DNA of 64,000 nt from Bacillales bacterium UBA1744 (lineage in GTDB: Bacteria > Bacillota_I > Bacilli_A > RFN20 > CAG-826): contig DCHU01000029.1 of the NCBI GenBank assembly GCA_002314915.1, forward strand, positions 35,452 through 99,451. The letters are read 5' to 3'. The notes under the pieces are model-generated. The model had not been told where the DNA came from, did no database searches, and saw only the letters and a list, made by a program, of their open reading frames with translations. Positions 53,342 to 63,995 of the stretch are shown piece after piece (positions within the stretch are counted from its first letter, which is position 1; each line of letters begins with the position of its first letter). A program made the translations under genes and the position numbers.

Positions 53342-54565
53342 ATGGACAAGAAAAACATCAAAAAGGTCGTCTTAGCCTACTCAGGTGGCTTAGACACATC
53401 AATCATCATCCCATGGTTGAAGGAGAACTATAACAACTGTGAAGTTATAGCGGTATCCGGCAACGTTGGACAGGCTGATGAACTCGAGGGATTAGAGGAG
53501 AAAGCACTTAAGACAGGCGCTAGCAAACTCTATGTTCTCGACTTAACCGACGATTATGTCGACAACTACATCATCCCAACAATGAAGGCAGGCGCATTAT
53601 ATGAGGAATACTACCTCGGCACCTCACACGCTAGACCATGCATCGCTAAAGGATTGGTCGAAATCGCACTCAAAGAAGGCGCGGATGCAATCTGCCACGG
53701 CTGCACCGGAAAAGGAAACGACCAGGTCAGATTTGAGTTAACCATCAAGAGATTTGCACCAAATATGCCAATCATCGCTCCATGGAGAGAATGGTCAATC
53801 AAATCAAGAGACGAGGAAATCGATTACGCGGAGGCGCATAACATTCCTCTTAAGATCAACAGAGAAACTAACTACTCAAAGGACAAGAACCTCTGGCACT
53901 TATCACACGAGGGTCTCGACCTTGAAGATACAGGCAATGAGCCATTATATGACAAGCCAGGATTCCTTGAGATGGGCGTATCCCCAATCAAGGCTCCAGA
54001 CACCCCTACTTATGTCGAACTCGAGTTCGTCAAAGGCGTTCCAGTCGCGATCGACGGAGAAAAGATGTCCGCAAAGAACATCATCTACAAGTTGAATAAG
54101 CTCGGCGGCGAGAACGGAATCGGATTACTCGACATCGTTGAGAATAGACTTGTCGGCATGAAGTGCAGAGGCGTCTATGAGACACCTGGAGGCACAATCC
54201 TCTATAAAGCACACAGCTATCTCGAATCATTGTGCTTAGACAAGATGACGATGCACGAGAAAGAGAAACTAGCAATCACCTTTGGTGAGTTGGTCTATAA
54301 CGGTCAGTGGTTCACCCCGCTTAGAGAAGCTATCTCAGCATTTGTCGACAAGACACAGGAAACAGTTACAGGTAAGGTCAAACTCAAACTTTATAAGGGC
54401 AACGTCATCAAAGCGGGAGCTTGGTCAGACTATTCGCTATACAGCGAAGATATCGCTACATTCGGAGAATCCGACTACAACCAGAAGGATTCAGAAGGAT
54501 TCATCAACTTATATGGCTTACCACTCAAGGTCGCTGCATTAGTTGATGCAAAGAACAACAAATAA
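53342..54565 (+). CDS. argG: Argininosuccinate synthase
   Basis: [12 protein letters not shown]..., [15 protein letters not shown]-like [15 protein letters not shown], 407 aa. RBS GAAAGAGAG lies upstream. Confidence 0.95.
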   Translation: MDKKNIKKVVLAYSGGLDTSIIIPWLKENYNNCEVIAVSGNVGQADELEGLEEKALKTGASKLYVLDLTDDYVDNYIIPTMKAGALYEEYYLGTSHARPCIAKGLVEIALKEGADAICHGCTGKGNDQVRFELTIKRFAPNMPIIAPWREWSIKSRDEEIDYAEAHNIPLKINRETNYSKDKNLWHLSHEGLDLEDTGNEPLYDKPGFLEMGVSPIKAPDTPTYVELEFVKGVPVAIDGEKMSAKNIIYKLNKLGGENGIGLLDIVENRLVGMKCRGVYETPGGTILYKAHSYLESLCLDKMTMHEKEKLAITFGELVYNGQWFTPLREAISAFVDKTQETVTGKVKLKLYKGNVIKAGAWSDYSLYSEDIATFGESDYNQKDSEGFINLYGLPLKVAALVDAKNNK

Positions 54566-54577
54566 GGAGCAAACAAT

Positions 54578-55954
54578 ATGGCAAAAATGTGGGCCGGAAG
54601 AACATCGGGAATTACATCTAAAATCGCGGACGACTATAACTCATCCATCTCTTTCGACTCGAGAATGTTCGAGGAGGACATCGCCGGTTCAATGGTCCAC
54701 GCCTTAATGCTCGCTTCAAAAGGGATAATCACGGAAGATGAGGCCTCTAAAATCAACGAGGGTCTCACTTCCATCCTTGAAGATATCAAATCCGGCAAAT
54801 TGGAAATCGACTTGAGCGCCGAGGATATCCACATGTTCGTGGAATCGGTTCTCACAGAGAGAGTCGGAACGGTCGGAAAGAAACTCCACACAGCAAGAAG
54901 CAGAAACGATCAGGTCGCTCTCGACATGAAGATGTATGTGAGAAAAGAAATCACCTCTATTGAGGAGAAGGTCAAGGGACTCATCGCCGCAATCGTTGAT
55001 AAGGCGGATGAGTACACGTGTTACATCATGCCTGGATATACACATCTTCAGAGAGCGCAGCCAATCACTTATGGACATGACTTAATGGCCTATGCATTCA
55101 TGTTTGAAAGGGATTTATCCCGTTTAAATGACTGCAAAAAGCGCTTAAACCTCTCTCCTATCGGCTGTTGCGCACTTGCGGGCACCACTTATGACACAGA
55201 CCGCGACTTCGAAGCAGAACGCCTTGGATTTGATGGGGTTGTGCTAAATTCGCTCGACGGAGTATCCGATAGGGATTACTTGGTTGAGTTGCTCTCATGC
55301 TTATCTCTCATCATGGTTCACTTATCAAGAATGTCAGAGGAGATAATCCTCTTCTCATCCTGGGAGTTTAAGTTCATTGAGTTAGATGACGCGTTCACAA
55401 CCGGGTCATCAATCATGCCTCAGAAGAAGAACTCGGATATGGCCGAGCTTGCTCGTGGCAAGTCAGGAAGAGTGTTCGGCTCCCTTATGGGTATGTTAAC
55501 CGTCCTCAAAGGACTTCCACTCGCATACAACAAGGACATGCAGGAAGACAAAGAGCAGACATATGACGCGATTGACACGGTCAAGATGACCCTTGATGTG
55601 TTCACTCCTATGGTCGCAACAATCAAGGCTAATGAGGAAAATATGTTGAACGCCGCTAAGAAGGGCTTCATCAACGCGACCGACTTGGCGGATTACCTCA
55701 CCAAGAAAGGCATGCCATTCCGCGATGCGTATAAGCTCACAGGCATGCTTGTGAATAAGTGCATTGAAGAGAATAAGACGCTCGAAGACATCACGCTTGA
55801 TGAATACAAAAAGTCATCAGATCTCTTCGACAGCGACTTATATGAGGAAATCTCTCTCAAGACATGTGTTGAAAGAAGAGTCTCCAAAGGAGGCACATCT
55901 TTCGCATCAGTAAAAGAACAGATTGCTTATCTAAAAGATAAATTGGGTTTATAG
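54578..55954 (+). CDS. argH: Argininosuccinate lyase
   Basis: MWAGRTSG..., GYTHLQRAQP, and the fumarate-lyase signature GSSIMPQKKNSD. Confidence 0.95.
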   Translation: MAKMWAGRTSGITSKIADDYNSSISFDSRMFEEDIAGSMVHALMLASKGIITEDEASKINEGLTSILEDIKSGKLEIDLSAEDIHMFVESVLTERVGTVGKKLHTARSRNDQVALDMKMYVRKEITSIEEKVKGLIAAIVDKADEYTCYIMPGYTHLQRAQPITYGHDLMAYAFMFERDLSRLNDCKKRLNLSPIGCCALAGTTYDTDRDFEAERLGFDGVVLNSLDGVSDRDYLVELLSCLSLIMVHLSRMSEEIILFSSWEFKFIELDDAFTTGSSIMPQKKNSDMAELARGKSGRVFGSLMGMLTVLKGLPLAYNKDMQEDKEQTYDAIDTVKMTLDVFTPMVATIKANEENMLNAAKKGFINATDLADYLTKKGMPFRDAYKLTGMLVNKCIEENKTLEDITLDEYKKSSDLFDSDLYEEISLKTCVERRVSKGGTSFASVKEQIAYLKDKLGL

Positions 55955-55965
55955 AGGAACTGGAA

Positions 55966-56892
55966 ATGAAAAAGAAAGTATTTATAGATGGTTCCTCAGG
56001 AACTACCGGATTAAAGATATTTGACCGATTGAAGGATAGAACGGATATCGAATTGCTCATCCTTGATGAGGAGCATAGAAAAGATCCATCATCAATCAGA
56101 CATATGATCAACAACTCGGATGTCACAATCCTTTGCTTACCGGATGATGCATCTAGAGAAGCACTCGCGATGGTCGACAACCCAAATACCGTCATCATCG
56201 ATACCTCAACCGCATTCAGAACAAGCCCGGACTTCGTCTATGGCTTCGCTGAATTGGGCGGATTTGAAAACAAAATCAAAAAATCAAAAAGAATAGCGAA
56301 TCCTGGATGCCACGCATCGGGATTCATTGCTCTCATATACCCGCTCGTGAGCAAGGGCATATTGAGCAAGAAAGCCAAACTCTCATGCTTCTCCCTCACC
56401 GGTTATTCCGGAGGCGGCAAGAAGATGATCGAGGAATATGAAGGCGAGAATAGAGATACATTACTCGATTCACCTCGAGTATACGGACTCAACCAAAATC
56501 ACAAACACCTTAAAGAGATGAAGTCGATTTGTGGTTTGGGATCAGAACCGGTGTTCATCCCGGTTGTCGGAGACTTCTATTCCGGCATGGAGGTCACAAT
56601 CCCTCTATTCAAGGGAGACGTGAACCTCTCAAAAGAAGAGTTAATCAAGTTCTATGAGAACTACTACAACTCAGATATCGTCCATGTTAGCAAGGACACA
56701 GAAGGAAACTTCATGGCAAGCAATAAGCTAAGCGGACTTGATGTCATGGAGATATCGGTTCAGGGAAACGATGAGAGAATGACACTCGTCGCCAGATACG
56801 ACAACTTAGGCAAAGGGGCCTCAGGAAGCGCGATCGAGAACCTGAACATTGTCATCGGACAAGAAAAAACCACATCACTCAAATTAAAGTAG
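55966..56892 (+). CDS. argC: N-acetyl-gamma-glutamyl-phosphate reductase (short, type-2 form)
   Basis: It has the N-terminal Rossmann motif VFIDGSSGTTG and the active-site Cys in ANPGCHASG. It is 308 aa and sits in an arg operon context. Confidence 0.85.
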   Translation: MKKKVFIDGSSGTTGLKIFDRLKDRTDIELLILDEEHRKDPSSIRHMINNSDVTILCLPDDASREALAMVDNPNTVIIDTSTAFRTSPDFVYGFAELGGFENKIKKSKRIANPGCHASGFIALIYPLVSKGILSKKAKLSCFSLTGYSGGGKKMIEEYEGENRDTLLDSPRVYGLNQNHKHLKEMKSICGLGSEPVFIPVVGDFYSGMEVTIPLFKGDVNLSKEELIKFYENYYNSDIVHVSKDTEGNFMASNKLSGLDVMEISVQGNDERMTLVARYDNLGKGASGSAIENLNIVIGQEKTTSLKLK

Positions 56893-56902
56893 GAGGCAGG
56901 AA

Positions 56903-58117
56903 ATGAAATTTATCGAAGGCGGAGTTACAGCTGCAAAAGGATTCCTCGCAACAGGCATCCACTGCGGCATCAGAAAGAATCGCTCCAAAAGAGATTTAGC
57001 TCTCATCTACTCAACAACCTTATGCACCGCTAGCGCAGTCTATACGACCAACTTGGTCAAAGGCGCACCGCTCCTCGTTACAAAGGAACACCTCAAGGAC
57101 GGACACGCCCAGGCTGTCATCTGCAACTCAGGAAATGCAAACACATGCAACTGGAATGGCGCGCAAATCGCTGAGGAAACATGTGAAATCCTCGCAAAAG
57201 AGTTAAATATCCCTAGCAATAACATCGTCGTTGCCTCTACAGGCGTCATCGGACAGCTCATGGACATCGAGCCATTCAAGGTTGGCATCCCACCACTTGT
57301 TAAGGCCTTAAATGAGAACGGTTCCGATGAAGCAGCGGAAGGAATCATGACAACCGACACCATCAAGAAAGAGGTCGCAGTCGAGTTTGAAATCGGCGGC
57401 AAGACATGCAAGATGGGAGGCATCGCAAAAGGAAGCGGCATGATTCATCCAAATATGGCAACCATGCTCGTCTTCATCACAAGTGACGTCGCGATATCAA
57501 GCGAGATGCTCGATAAGGCGCTCAAGAACGATATCAAGAACACATTCAATATGGTATCGGTCGATGGAGACACCTCCACAAACGATATGGTCACGGTCCT
57601 CGCAAACGGACAGGCCGGTAACAGAGTTATCGACAAAGACGATGAGGACTTCAAGACATTCATGAAGGCTCTCAATACATTAACCATCTCCTTATGCAGA
57701 AAGATTGCAGGAGACGGCGAAGGCGCAACAAAGCTCTTGGAGTGCGTTGTGACCTGTGCATCAAGCGAAGAAATCGCAAAAGTCGTCGCTAAAAGCGTCA
57801 TCACATCTTCGCTCACCAAGGCCGCGATGTTCGGCGCTGATGCAAACTGGGGCCGAGTCCTTTGTGCAATCGGCTATAGCGGAGCAAATGTGGACGTTAA
57901 CAAAATCGATGTCTCATTTAAGTCAGTAAAAGGAACAATCGAGGTCTGCAAGAACGGAGCGGGAATCGATTTCAGTGAAGAAATAGCAAAGGAAATCCTT
58001 TTAGAGAAGGAAATAGACATTTTGGTCAACCTCAACTCGGGATACGAAAAGGCAACCGCTTGGGGATGCGACCTCACATACGACTACGTAAGAATCAATG
58101 GCGATTACAGAACCTAA
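56903..58117 (+). CDS. argJ: Bifunctional ornithine acetyltransferase / N-acetylglutamate synthase
   Basis: It has the autoprocessing site region KGSGMIHPNMATML (cleavage before the Thr of ATML) and is 404 aa. Confidence 0.9.
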   Translation: MKFIEGGVTAAKGFLATGIHCGIRKNRSKRDLALIYSTTLCTASAVYTTNLVKGAPLLVTKEHLKDGHAQAVICNSGNANTCNWNGAQIAEETCEILAKELNIPSNNIVVASTGVIGQLMDIEPFKVGIPPLVKALNENGSDEAAEGIMTTDTIKKEVAVEFEIGGKTCKMGGIAKGSGMIHPNMATMLVFITSDVAISSEMLDKALKNDIKNTFNMVSVDGDTSTNDMVTVLANGQAGNRVIDKDDEDFKTFMKALNTLTISLCRKIAGDGEGATKLLECVVTCASSEEIAKVVAKSVITSSLTKAAMFGADANWGRVLCAIGYSGANVDVNKIDVSFKSVKGTIEVCKNGAGIDFSEEIAKEILLEKEIDILVNLNSGYEKATAWGCDLTYDYVRINGDYRT

Positions 58118-58135
58118 TGAGAAGGGAGTAAAACT

Positions 58136-58999
58136 ATGAACCTATCAAACTTTGAGAGAGCCAAAGTCTTAACCCAAGCTCTTCCATACATCAAGAAATA
58201 CACGAATAGAATCGTCGTCATCAAGTATGGCGGCAACGCTATGATCAGCCCTGAACTCAAGGCACAGGTCATCGAAGATTTGGTTTTGCTCTGGACAATC
58301 GGAGTCAAAATCGTCTTGGTCCACGGTGGAGGTCCAGAGATCAATGAACTATCCAAAAAGCTCGGAAAAGAGGCGACTTGGGTCAACGGATTAAGAGTGA
58401 CCGATGAAGAAACAGTCGACATCGCTCAGATGGTCCTCTCAGGAAAGATCAACAAGCATTTGGTCAACTTGCTCCAGACACAGGGCGGTAACGCAATCGG
58501 AATCTCAGGCGTTGACGGAAAACTCATCGAAGCTGAGATGAAGGACCCTGCGTTGGGTTATGTTGGCAAAATCACAAAAATCAATCCAGGCGCAATACAG
58601 GATTTATTGGACCTCGGTTATTTGCCAGTTATCTCCACGATTGGACGTGATAAAAAAGGAAATCTCTACAATATCAACGCAGATACGGCCGCTTCTTCTA
58701 TCGCAGCAGCCTTAAATGCCAAGCGTCTCGTTCTCTTAACTGACATCAACGGAATCTTAAAAGACAAGAACGATCCAAGCTCTGTCATTGAGGAAATGAC
58801 TGTCCAGGAAGCAAAAGACTTATGCTCCTCCGACATCATCTCAGGCGGAATGATTCCTAAACTCGAATGCGCAATCCAGGCAGTCGAAGGCGGAGTTTAC
58901 AAAACCACCATCATCGACGGAAGAGTCCCACACTCAATCGTCATGGAGTTATTGACCGATGAAGGTGCTGGCACCCTTATTAAAGGAGATGTCCAATAA
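58136..58999 (+). CDS. argB: Acetylglutamate kinase
   Basis: VVIKYGGNAM..., VLVHGGGPEI, NINADTAA. Confidence 0.95.
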   Translation: MNLSNFERAKVLTQALPYIKKYTNRIVVIKYGGNAMISPELKAQVIEDLVLLWTIGVKIVLVHGGGPEINELSKKLGKEATWVNGLRVTDEETVDIAQMVLSGKINKHLVNLLQTQGGNAIGISGVDGKLIEAEMKDPALGYVGKITKINPGAIQDLLDLGYLPVISTIGRDKKGNLYNINADTAASSIAAALNAKRLVLLTDINGILKDKNDPSSVIEEMTVQEAKDLCSSDIISGGMIPKLECAIQAVEGGVYKTTIIDGRVPHSIVMELLTDEGAGTLIKGDVQ

Positions 59000-60171
59000 T
59001 GAGTATCTTTGAACAGGATAAAGAATACATAGTTGGATCATACAATCGTTTCCCGATAGAGATCGTTAAGGGCAAAGGCTCTCTAGCATATGATGCAGAT
59101 GGCAAGGAGTACATAGACCTTGGCTCTGGCATCGCGGTCAACACTTTCGGATATTCGGATGAGGAATGGATAAAAGCTGTTGAGTCTCAGTTAGGACTAT
59201 TCCAGCACACATCAAACCTCTATTACACCAAACCATGCGTTGAACTTGCTAAAGCAATAACCGAGAGGACGGGAATGAGCAAAGTGTTCTTCGGAAACTC
59301 GGGCGCAGAAGCAAATGAGTGCTTGGTGAAGGTCGCAAGGAAATGGGCCGCTGAAAACAAGGGCGAGAATTGCTACACAATCGTCACACTCGAGAATTCC
59401 TTCCACGGAAGAACCCTCACAACACTTGCTTTGACGGGCCAGGACCACTACCACGAATTGTATCAGCCATTAACCCCGGGTTTTAAACACATCGAAGCGG
59501 GCAACATCGAAGAAGCTGAATACGTCATCTCTAGAGGCAATGTCGCCGCAGTCATAATCGAGACTGTTCAGGGCGAAGGCGGAGTAAACGTCATCGACAA
59601 AGAATATGTCGAAGGTCTATATCAGCTCTGCAAAAAATACAACGTATTGTTCATGGTTGACGAGGTTCAGACAGGCAATGGAAGAACCGGAAAACTATAT
59701 TCATACATGCACTACGACGTCGAGGTCGATGCCTTCTCAACCGCTAAAGGCCTTGGAGGTGGACTTCCAATCGGGGCATGCGTTGTAAGCGATAAGCTTA
59801 AAGACGTGATCAAATTCGGTGACCATGGATCCACATTCGGAGGAAACCCAATCGCCTGCGCTGGCGGTTTGTCGATAATCAATAGATTAGATGATGAGTT
59901 CCTCGCTGAAGTGGCTAAGAAAGGCGATTACATAGTAAATAGCCTTAAAGATGTTCCGGGAGTCGAGTCAATCTCGCATCTTGGAATGATGATTGGAATC
60001 AAACCAACCAAAGATGTTGCAGGCGCGATTGTGAAAGAACTAATGAATCGCGGTGTGCTTGCCTTAACCGCAAAGAACAAAGTCAGATTATTGCCTGCGC
60101 TAAACATCGACTATCCAACGCTCGATAAGGCGTTAGATATATTGAAAACAGTATTAAAGGAGAATGCCTAA
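58999..60171 (+). CDS. argD: Acetylornithine aminotransferase
   Basis: It is a class-III aminotransferase with FFGNSGAEANE, DEVQTGNGRTG, and the PLP Lys in FSTAKGLGGG. A TAATG overlap joins it to argB. Confidence 0.9.
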   Translation: MSIFEQDKEYIVGSYNRFPIEIVKGKGSLAYDADGKEYIDLGSGIAVNTFGYSDEEWIKAVESQLGLFQHTSNLYYTKPCVELAKAITERTGMSKVFFGNSGAEANECLVKVARKWAAENKGENCYTIVTLENSFHGRTLTTLALTGQDHYHELYQPLTPGFKHIEAGNIEEAEYVISRGNVAAVIIETVQGEGGVNVIDKEYVEGLYQLCKKYNVLFMVDEVQTGNGRTGKLYSYMHYDVEVDAFSTAKGLGGGLPIGACVVSDKLKDVIKFGDHGSTFGGNPIACAGGLSIINRLDDEFLAEVAKKGDYIVNSLKDVPGVESISHLGMMIGIKPTKDVAGAIVKELMNRGVLALTAKNKVRLLPALNIDYPTLDKALDILKTVLKENA

Positions 60172-61184
60172 TGAGTTACTACAAAAAGAGTTTCTTAAAG
60201 TTACTAGACTTCACCAGTGAGGAGATCGCAACCCATTTGAAGGTCGCAAAGAACCTCAAGGCCGAGAAGAAATCCGGAGTCTCACACCGAGTACTCGAGG
60301 GAAAGAACATCGCTCTCGTCTTCGAGAAGACCTCAACCAGAACCAGATGTGCTTTCGAAGTTGCTGGCAGCGATTTGGGCATGCACCCTGTATACCTCGA
60401 CCCTAAGTCATCCCAAATCGGAAAGAAAGAGTCGATTGAAGATACCGCAAGGGTCCTTGGAAGGATGTTTGACGGAATCGAGTACCGTGGATATGGTCAG
60501 GAAATCGTTCAGAAACTCTCCGATTACAGCGGAGTCCCAGTCTGGAACGGTCTCACAAACGAATACCACCCAACACAGATTCTCGCAGACTTGTTAACCA
60601 TTCAGGAACACCTCGGAGAACTCAAGGGAAAGACCCTCGTCTTCATGGGCGACTGCCGCTACAACATGGCAAATTCACTCATGGTCGGTTGCGCAAAGAT
60701 GGGAATGAATTTCGTTGCTTCATCCAACAAAAAATACTTCCCAAACGACGAATTAACATCAATTTGCAAGGAAATTGCCAAGGAAACAGGCGCAACAATC
60801 ACTTTTGAGGAAGATCCAATCAAGGCCGTTAAGGGCGCAGATGTCATCTATACAGACGTCTGGGTATCAATGGGTGAAGACCCTTCTGTTTGGGATGAGA
60901 GAATCAAAGACTTGCTCCCATATCAGGTCAACAAAACCCTTATGGAATCAACAGGCAAGGAAACAACCAAGTTCATGCACTGCTTACCTGCCTTCCATGA
61001 CTTAAAGACTGAAATCGGAAAAGACATCTACGACAGATATGGCCTTACCGCGATGGAAGTCGCAGACGACGTGTTCGAGAGCGAGGCATCAATCGTGTTC
61101 GATGAGGCCGAGAACAGAATGCACACCATCAAGGCTGTCATGCTCTGCTCACTCGTCGAAGACATCTCAAGATGGGCTAAATAA
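60171..61184 (+). CDS. argF: Ornithine carbamoyltransferase
   Basis: FEKTSTRTRCAFE, HPTQ, and HCLPAFH. A TAATG overlap joins it to argD. Confidence 0.95.
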   Translation: MSYYKKSFLKLLDFTSEEIATHLKVAKNLKAEKKSGVSHRVLEGKNIALVFEKTSTRTRCAFEVAGSDLGMHPVYLDPKSSQIGKKESIEDTARVLGRMFDGIEYRGYGQEIVQKLSDYSGVPVWNGLTNEYHPTQILADLLTIQEHLGELKGKTLVFMGDCRYNMANSLMVGCAKMGMNFVASSNKKYFPNDELTSICKEIAKETGATITFEEDPIKAVKGADVIYTDVWVSMGEDPSVWDERIKDLLPYQVNKTLMESTGKETTKFMHCLPAFHDLKTEIGKDIYDRYGLTAMEVADDVFESEASIVFDEAENRMHTIKAVMLCSLVEDISRWAK

Positions 61185-61195
61185 ATAACAAACAG

Positions 61196-61227
61196 AGGAC
61201 GATTAGAAAATATCGTCCTTTTTGTTT
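61196..61227 (+). terminator. Terminator of the arg operon
   Basis: AGGACGAT tagaaaat ATCGTCCT is followed by TTTTGTTTT. Confidence 0.8.
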
Positions 61228-61236
61228 TAATAATTC

Positions 61237-61264
61237 TTGAATATATTCCCGATGCTTTTATAAA
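61237..61264 (+). promoter_or_regulatory. Promoter giving a leaderless M20-peptidase mRNA
   Basis: TTGAAT (61237-61242), a 16-nt spacer, TATAAA (61259-61264), then 7 nt, then the ATG at 61272. No SD is present. Confidence 0.5.
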
Positions 61265-61271
61265 TAACCTC

Positions 61272-62588
61272 ATGAGCGAAAAACTTGATTTATACACATC
61301 TAAGCTATCTAAGATGATCCAGGCTGAGACTGTATCATCCTTTTCAGAACCTGATTTAGACAAATTCAAACACTTTAGGTCTTTGCTTAAGGATTTATTC
61401 CCGCTGGTATTCAAAACCTGCGAGATGGAAGAATTTGACGGCTCCCTTCTTTTGGAGTGGAAAGGTGTATCTTCGGATAAGCCATCACTTCTCATGAACC
61501 ATTATGATGTTGTTGAGGCGACCGGGGAATGGTCACATTCAGCATTCTCTGGAGAGGTTGTAGACGACAAGCTGTATGGCAGAGGCACATTGGACGACAA
61601 AGGACCATTATTCGCTATGCTTCAGGGCATCGAGGAGATGATTGAGAGCGGATTTACGCCAAAGAATGACATCTATATCGAAACCGGAAGAAACGAGGAA
61701 ACCGACGGAAGAGGAGCGGATGCAATATCCAGGGCCTTAGAAGAAAGAGGAATCAGAATCGACTTCGTTCTCGATGAAGGTGGAGAAATCATGTATGACC
61801 CGCTCGGCGGAGCAGATGGAACGTTCGCAGTAGTCGGACTTGGAGAAAAGTGCACGGTCGACTTGAAATTCACCGCAAGAAGCGCCGGAGGTCATGCATC
61901 CACGCCGGGAAAGAACACCCCACTCGTACGATTGGGCAAGTTCATGGCGGAGGTTGATTCAAAAGACTTATTCAAGAAGTCGCTTTCTCCAGTCATTAAA
62001 AACATGTTCAAAGATATGGCTCCAACGGTAAAGGGGCCTCTGGGTTTCGTTTTCGCACATCCAACATTCTTTTGGTCGATCCTAAAAACAGTTATGCCGA
62101 AGGTATCTCCATCCGCAAAGGCACTCCTTCAGACAACTATCGCATTTACGATGGCTAAGGGAAGCGATGGAGACAACGTGTTGCCGCAAGAGGCATATGT
62201 CATCGCAAATATGAGAACATCCCATCACGAGGGCTTGGAACACTCCATTGCAGCAGTAAAGAAAATCGCAGATAAATACGGGCTTGAGACTGAGGTGGTC
62301 AGCGACCCGTTTGAGTCTCCTTTGAGTGATGTAAATTCAGAACAATACAAGTTGCTCAAAAACATCATAAAAGAGTCGTTCCCAAATGTCATACCAACCA
62401 CATATATCATGAATGGAGCATCTGACTCCAAATACTTCTCAAGAGTCAGCAACAACGTATTCAGATTCGCCCCATTCACAATTGATGAACAGCAATTAAG
62501 CAGCATCCACGGAATTGATGAGAACGTTGATATCGATACATTAGAGCCGGCGGTAAACTTCTATCGAAACTTGATAAAGGAACTATAA
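61272..62588 (+). CDS. M20-family metallopeptidase/amidohydrolase
   Basis: NHYDVV (metal His/Asp), GRGTLDDKG, and the catalytic/metal NEETDG. Confidence 0.75.
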   Translation: MSEKLDLYTSKLSKMIQAETVSSFSEPDLDKFKHFRSLLKDLFPLVFKTCEMEEFDGSLLLEWKGVSSDKPSLLMNHYDVVEATGEWSHSAFSGEVVDDKLYGRGTLDDKGPLFAMLQGIEEMIESGFTPKNDIYIETGRNEETDGRGADAISRALEERGIRIDFVLDEGGEIMYDPLGGADGTFAVVGLGEKCTVDLKFTARSAGGHASTPGKNTPLVRLGKFMAEVDSKDLFKKSLSPVIKNMFKDMAPTVKGPLGFVFAHPTFFWSILKTVMPKVSPSAKALLQTTIAFTMAKGSDGDNVLPQEAYVIANMRTSHHEGLEHSIAAVKKIADKYGLETEVVSDPFESPLSDVNSEQYKLLKNIIKESFPNVIPTTYIMNGASDSKYFSRVSNNVFRFAPFTIDEQQLSSIHGIDENVDIDTLEPAVNFYRNLIKEL

Positions 62589-63995
62589 ATGGCAGCAGAA
62601 ACCACGCAAAACCAAAAGAAAAAGGGTTTAAACATACCTTTACGCAGCTTTTTAACATCTGTTGCGGTCATTTTTGTTTTGATGCTCGTCTCATATATAC
62701 TCACGTTCGTCATACCGTCCGGTGAATATGCAAGAAACGCTGACGGGATGATCGAATCTACTTCTTCGTTCACATTTGTAGACGCATCGTTCCCATTTTG
62801 GAAATGGATATTGTCCCCATTCCTAGTGTTGGGCGCAGATGGCAGCACAACCATCTTCTTGGTACTCGCATTCTTGCTTATAATCGGCGGTGTTTTCACG
62901 GCTCTGGAAGAGTGCAATTTCATGGGATATCTCCTAGGAAGAATAATCGCTAGATTCGGCAAGAAAAGATATACCCTTCTATTCGTGATTTCCGGATTCT
63001 TTATGCTGATGGGCGCATTCGTCGGAAGCTTTGAGGAATGCCTTCCATTGGTACCATTAGTGGTATCCTTGGCACTCGCTTTAGGATGGGATGAGATTAC
63101 CGGATTAGCCATCAGCCTCGTCGCTGTTGGATGCGGATTCGCAACAGGTATTCTCAATCCTTTCACCATTGGAGTTGCCCAGACTATTGCCGGTGTCCCT
63201 ATGTTCTCCGGAATGTGGCTGCGAATCGTCAGCGGAGTGCTCATCTATGGCCTCCTTGCCCTGTTCACATATCTCCACGCCAAAAAGGTCGAGAAGCCGA
63301 TAAGTGATGAAAACTCAATCGAGGTACAGGAAAAGGATCCAAAGAAAAATAGAGCGTTAATAGTCTTCTTATCTGCTCTCGGAGCCGGAATATTGATTAT
63401 CCTCTGCTCCACTTTCCTCACGTTCTTACAGGACTATACGATGGTCGTCATTGTCCTCATGTTCCTTGTTGCAGGCATCCCAGCGTGCTTCCTATCTGGA
63501 ATGAAAGCCAAAGATTTCTTTAAATCTTTTGGTAAAGGCGTCTTAGGAGTCCTTCCAGCGATCGTAATGATCCTCATGGCAAGCTCTGTTAAATACATCC
63601 TTACAGAGGCAAAGATACTTGATTCAATCCTCTATTACGCAACAGAAGCCGCGAGTGGCATGCACCCAACCCTAATCGTGTTGTTCATGTACCTCATCGC
63701 ACTTGTCCTCAACTTCTTTGTTCCATCAGGTTCTGCTGAAGCGATCCTTCTCATACCGCTTCTTGTTCCTATGGGGGAGATGTTCGGCATATCAAAACAG
63801 ATATCAATTTTGGCTTATGTATACGGTGATGGATTCTCAAATGTCCTATACCCGACGAACTCGGTATTGCTTATCGCGCTGGGCCTTGTTGGACTAAGTT
63901 ATGGAAAGTACTTCAAGTGGGTTTGGAAACTAGAGTTAGCCCTACTCGTCTTAACAAGCGGAATACTCGTCTTTGCCTACCTCATCAATTATTAA
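62589..63995 (+). CDS. YfcC-family (DcuC-like) transporter, putative basic amino acid/peptide carrier
   Basis: It aligns by eye with E. coli YfcC (GFATGILNPFTIGVAQTIAGVPMFSG; FNFFVPSGSAEAILLIPLLVPMGEMFGISKQISILAYVYGDGFSN). Its start directly abuts the M20 stop. Confidence 0.8.
   Translation: MAAETTQNQKKKGLNIPLRSFLTSVAVIFVLMLVSYILTFVIPSGEYARNADGMIESTSSFTFVDASFPFWKWILSPFLVLGADGSTTIFLVLAFLLIIGGVFTALEECNFMGYLLGRIIARFGKKRYTLLFVISGFFMLMGAFVGSFEECLPLVPLVVSLALALGWDEITGLAISLVAVGCGFATGILNPFTIGVAQTIAGVPMFSGMWLRIVSGVLIYGLLALFTYLHAKKVEKPISDENSIEVQEKDPKKNRALIVFLSALGAGILIILCSTFLTFLQDYTMVVIVLMFLVAGIPACFLSGMKAKDFFKSFGKGVLGVLPAIVMILMASSVKYILTEAKILDSILYYATEAASGMHPTLIVLFMYLIALVLNFFVPSGSAEAILLIPLLVPMGEMFGISKQISILAYVYGDGFSNVLYPTNSVLLIALGLVGLSYGKYFKWVWKLELALLVLTSGILVFAYLINY

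Noticed and set aside
61028-61495. 155-aa minus-strand ORF spanning the argF end, terminator and M20 start
   Set aside because: It crosses a strong + strand terminator and overlaps two well-supported + strand genes.
62561-63244. 227-aa minus-strand ORF
   Set aside because: It lies entirely antisense to the YfcC-family transporter, which aligns by eye with E. coli YfcC. It is a low-complexity, stop-poor frame only.
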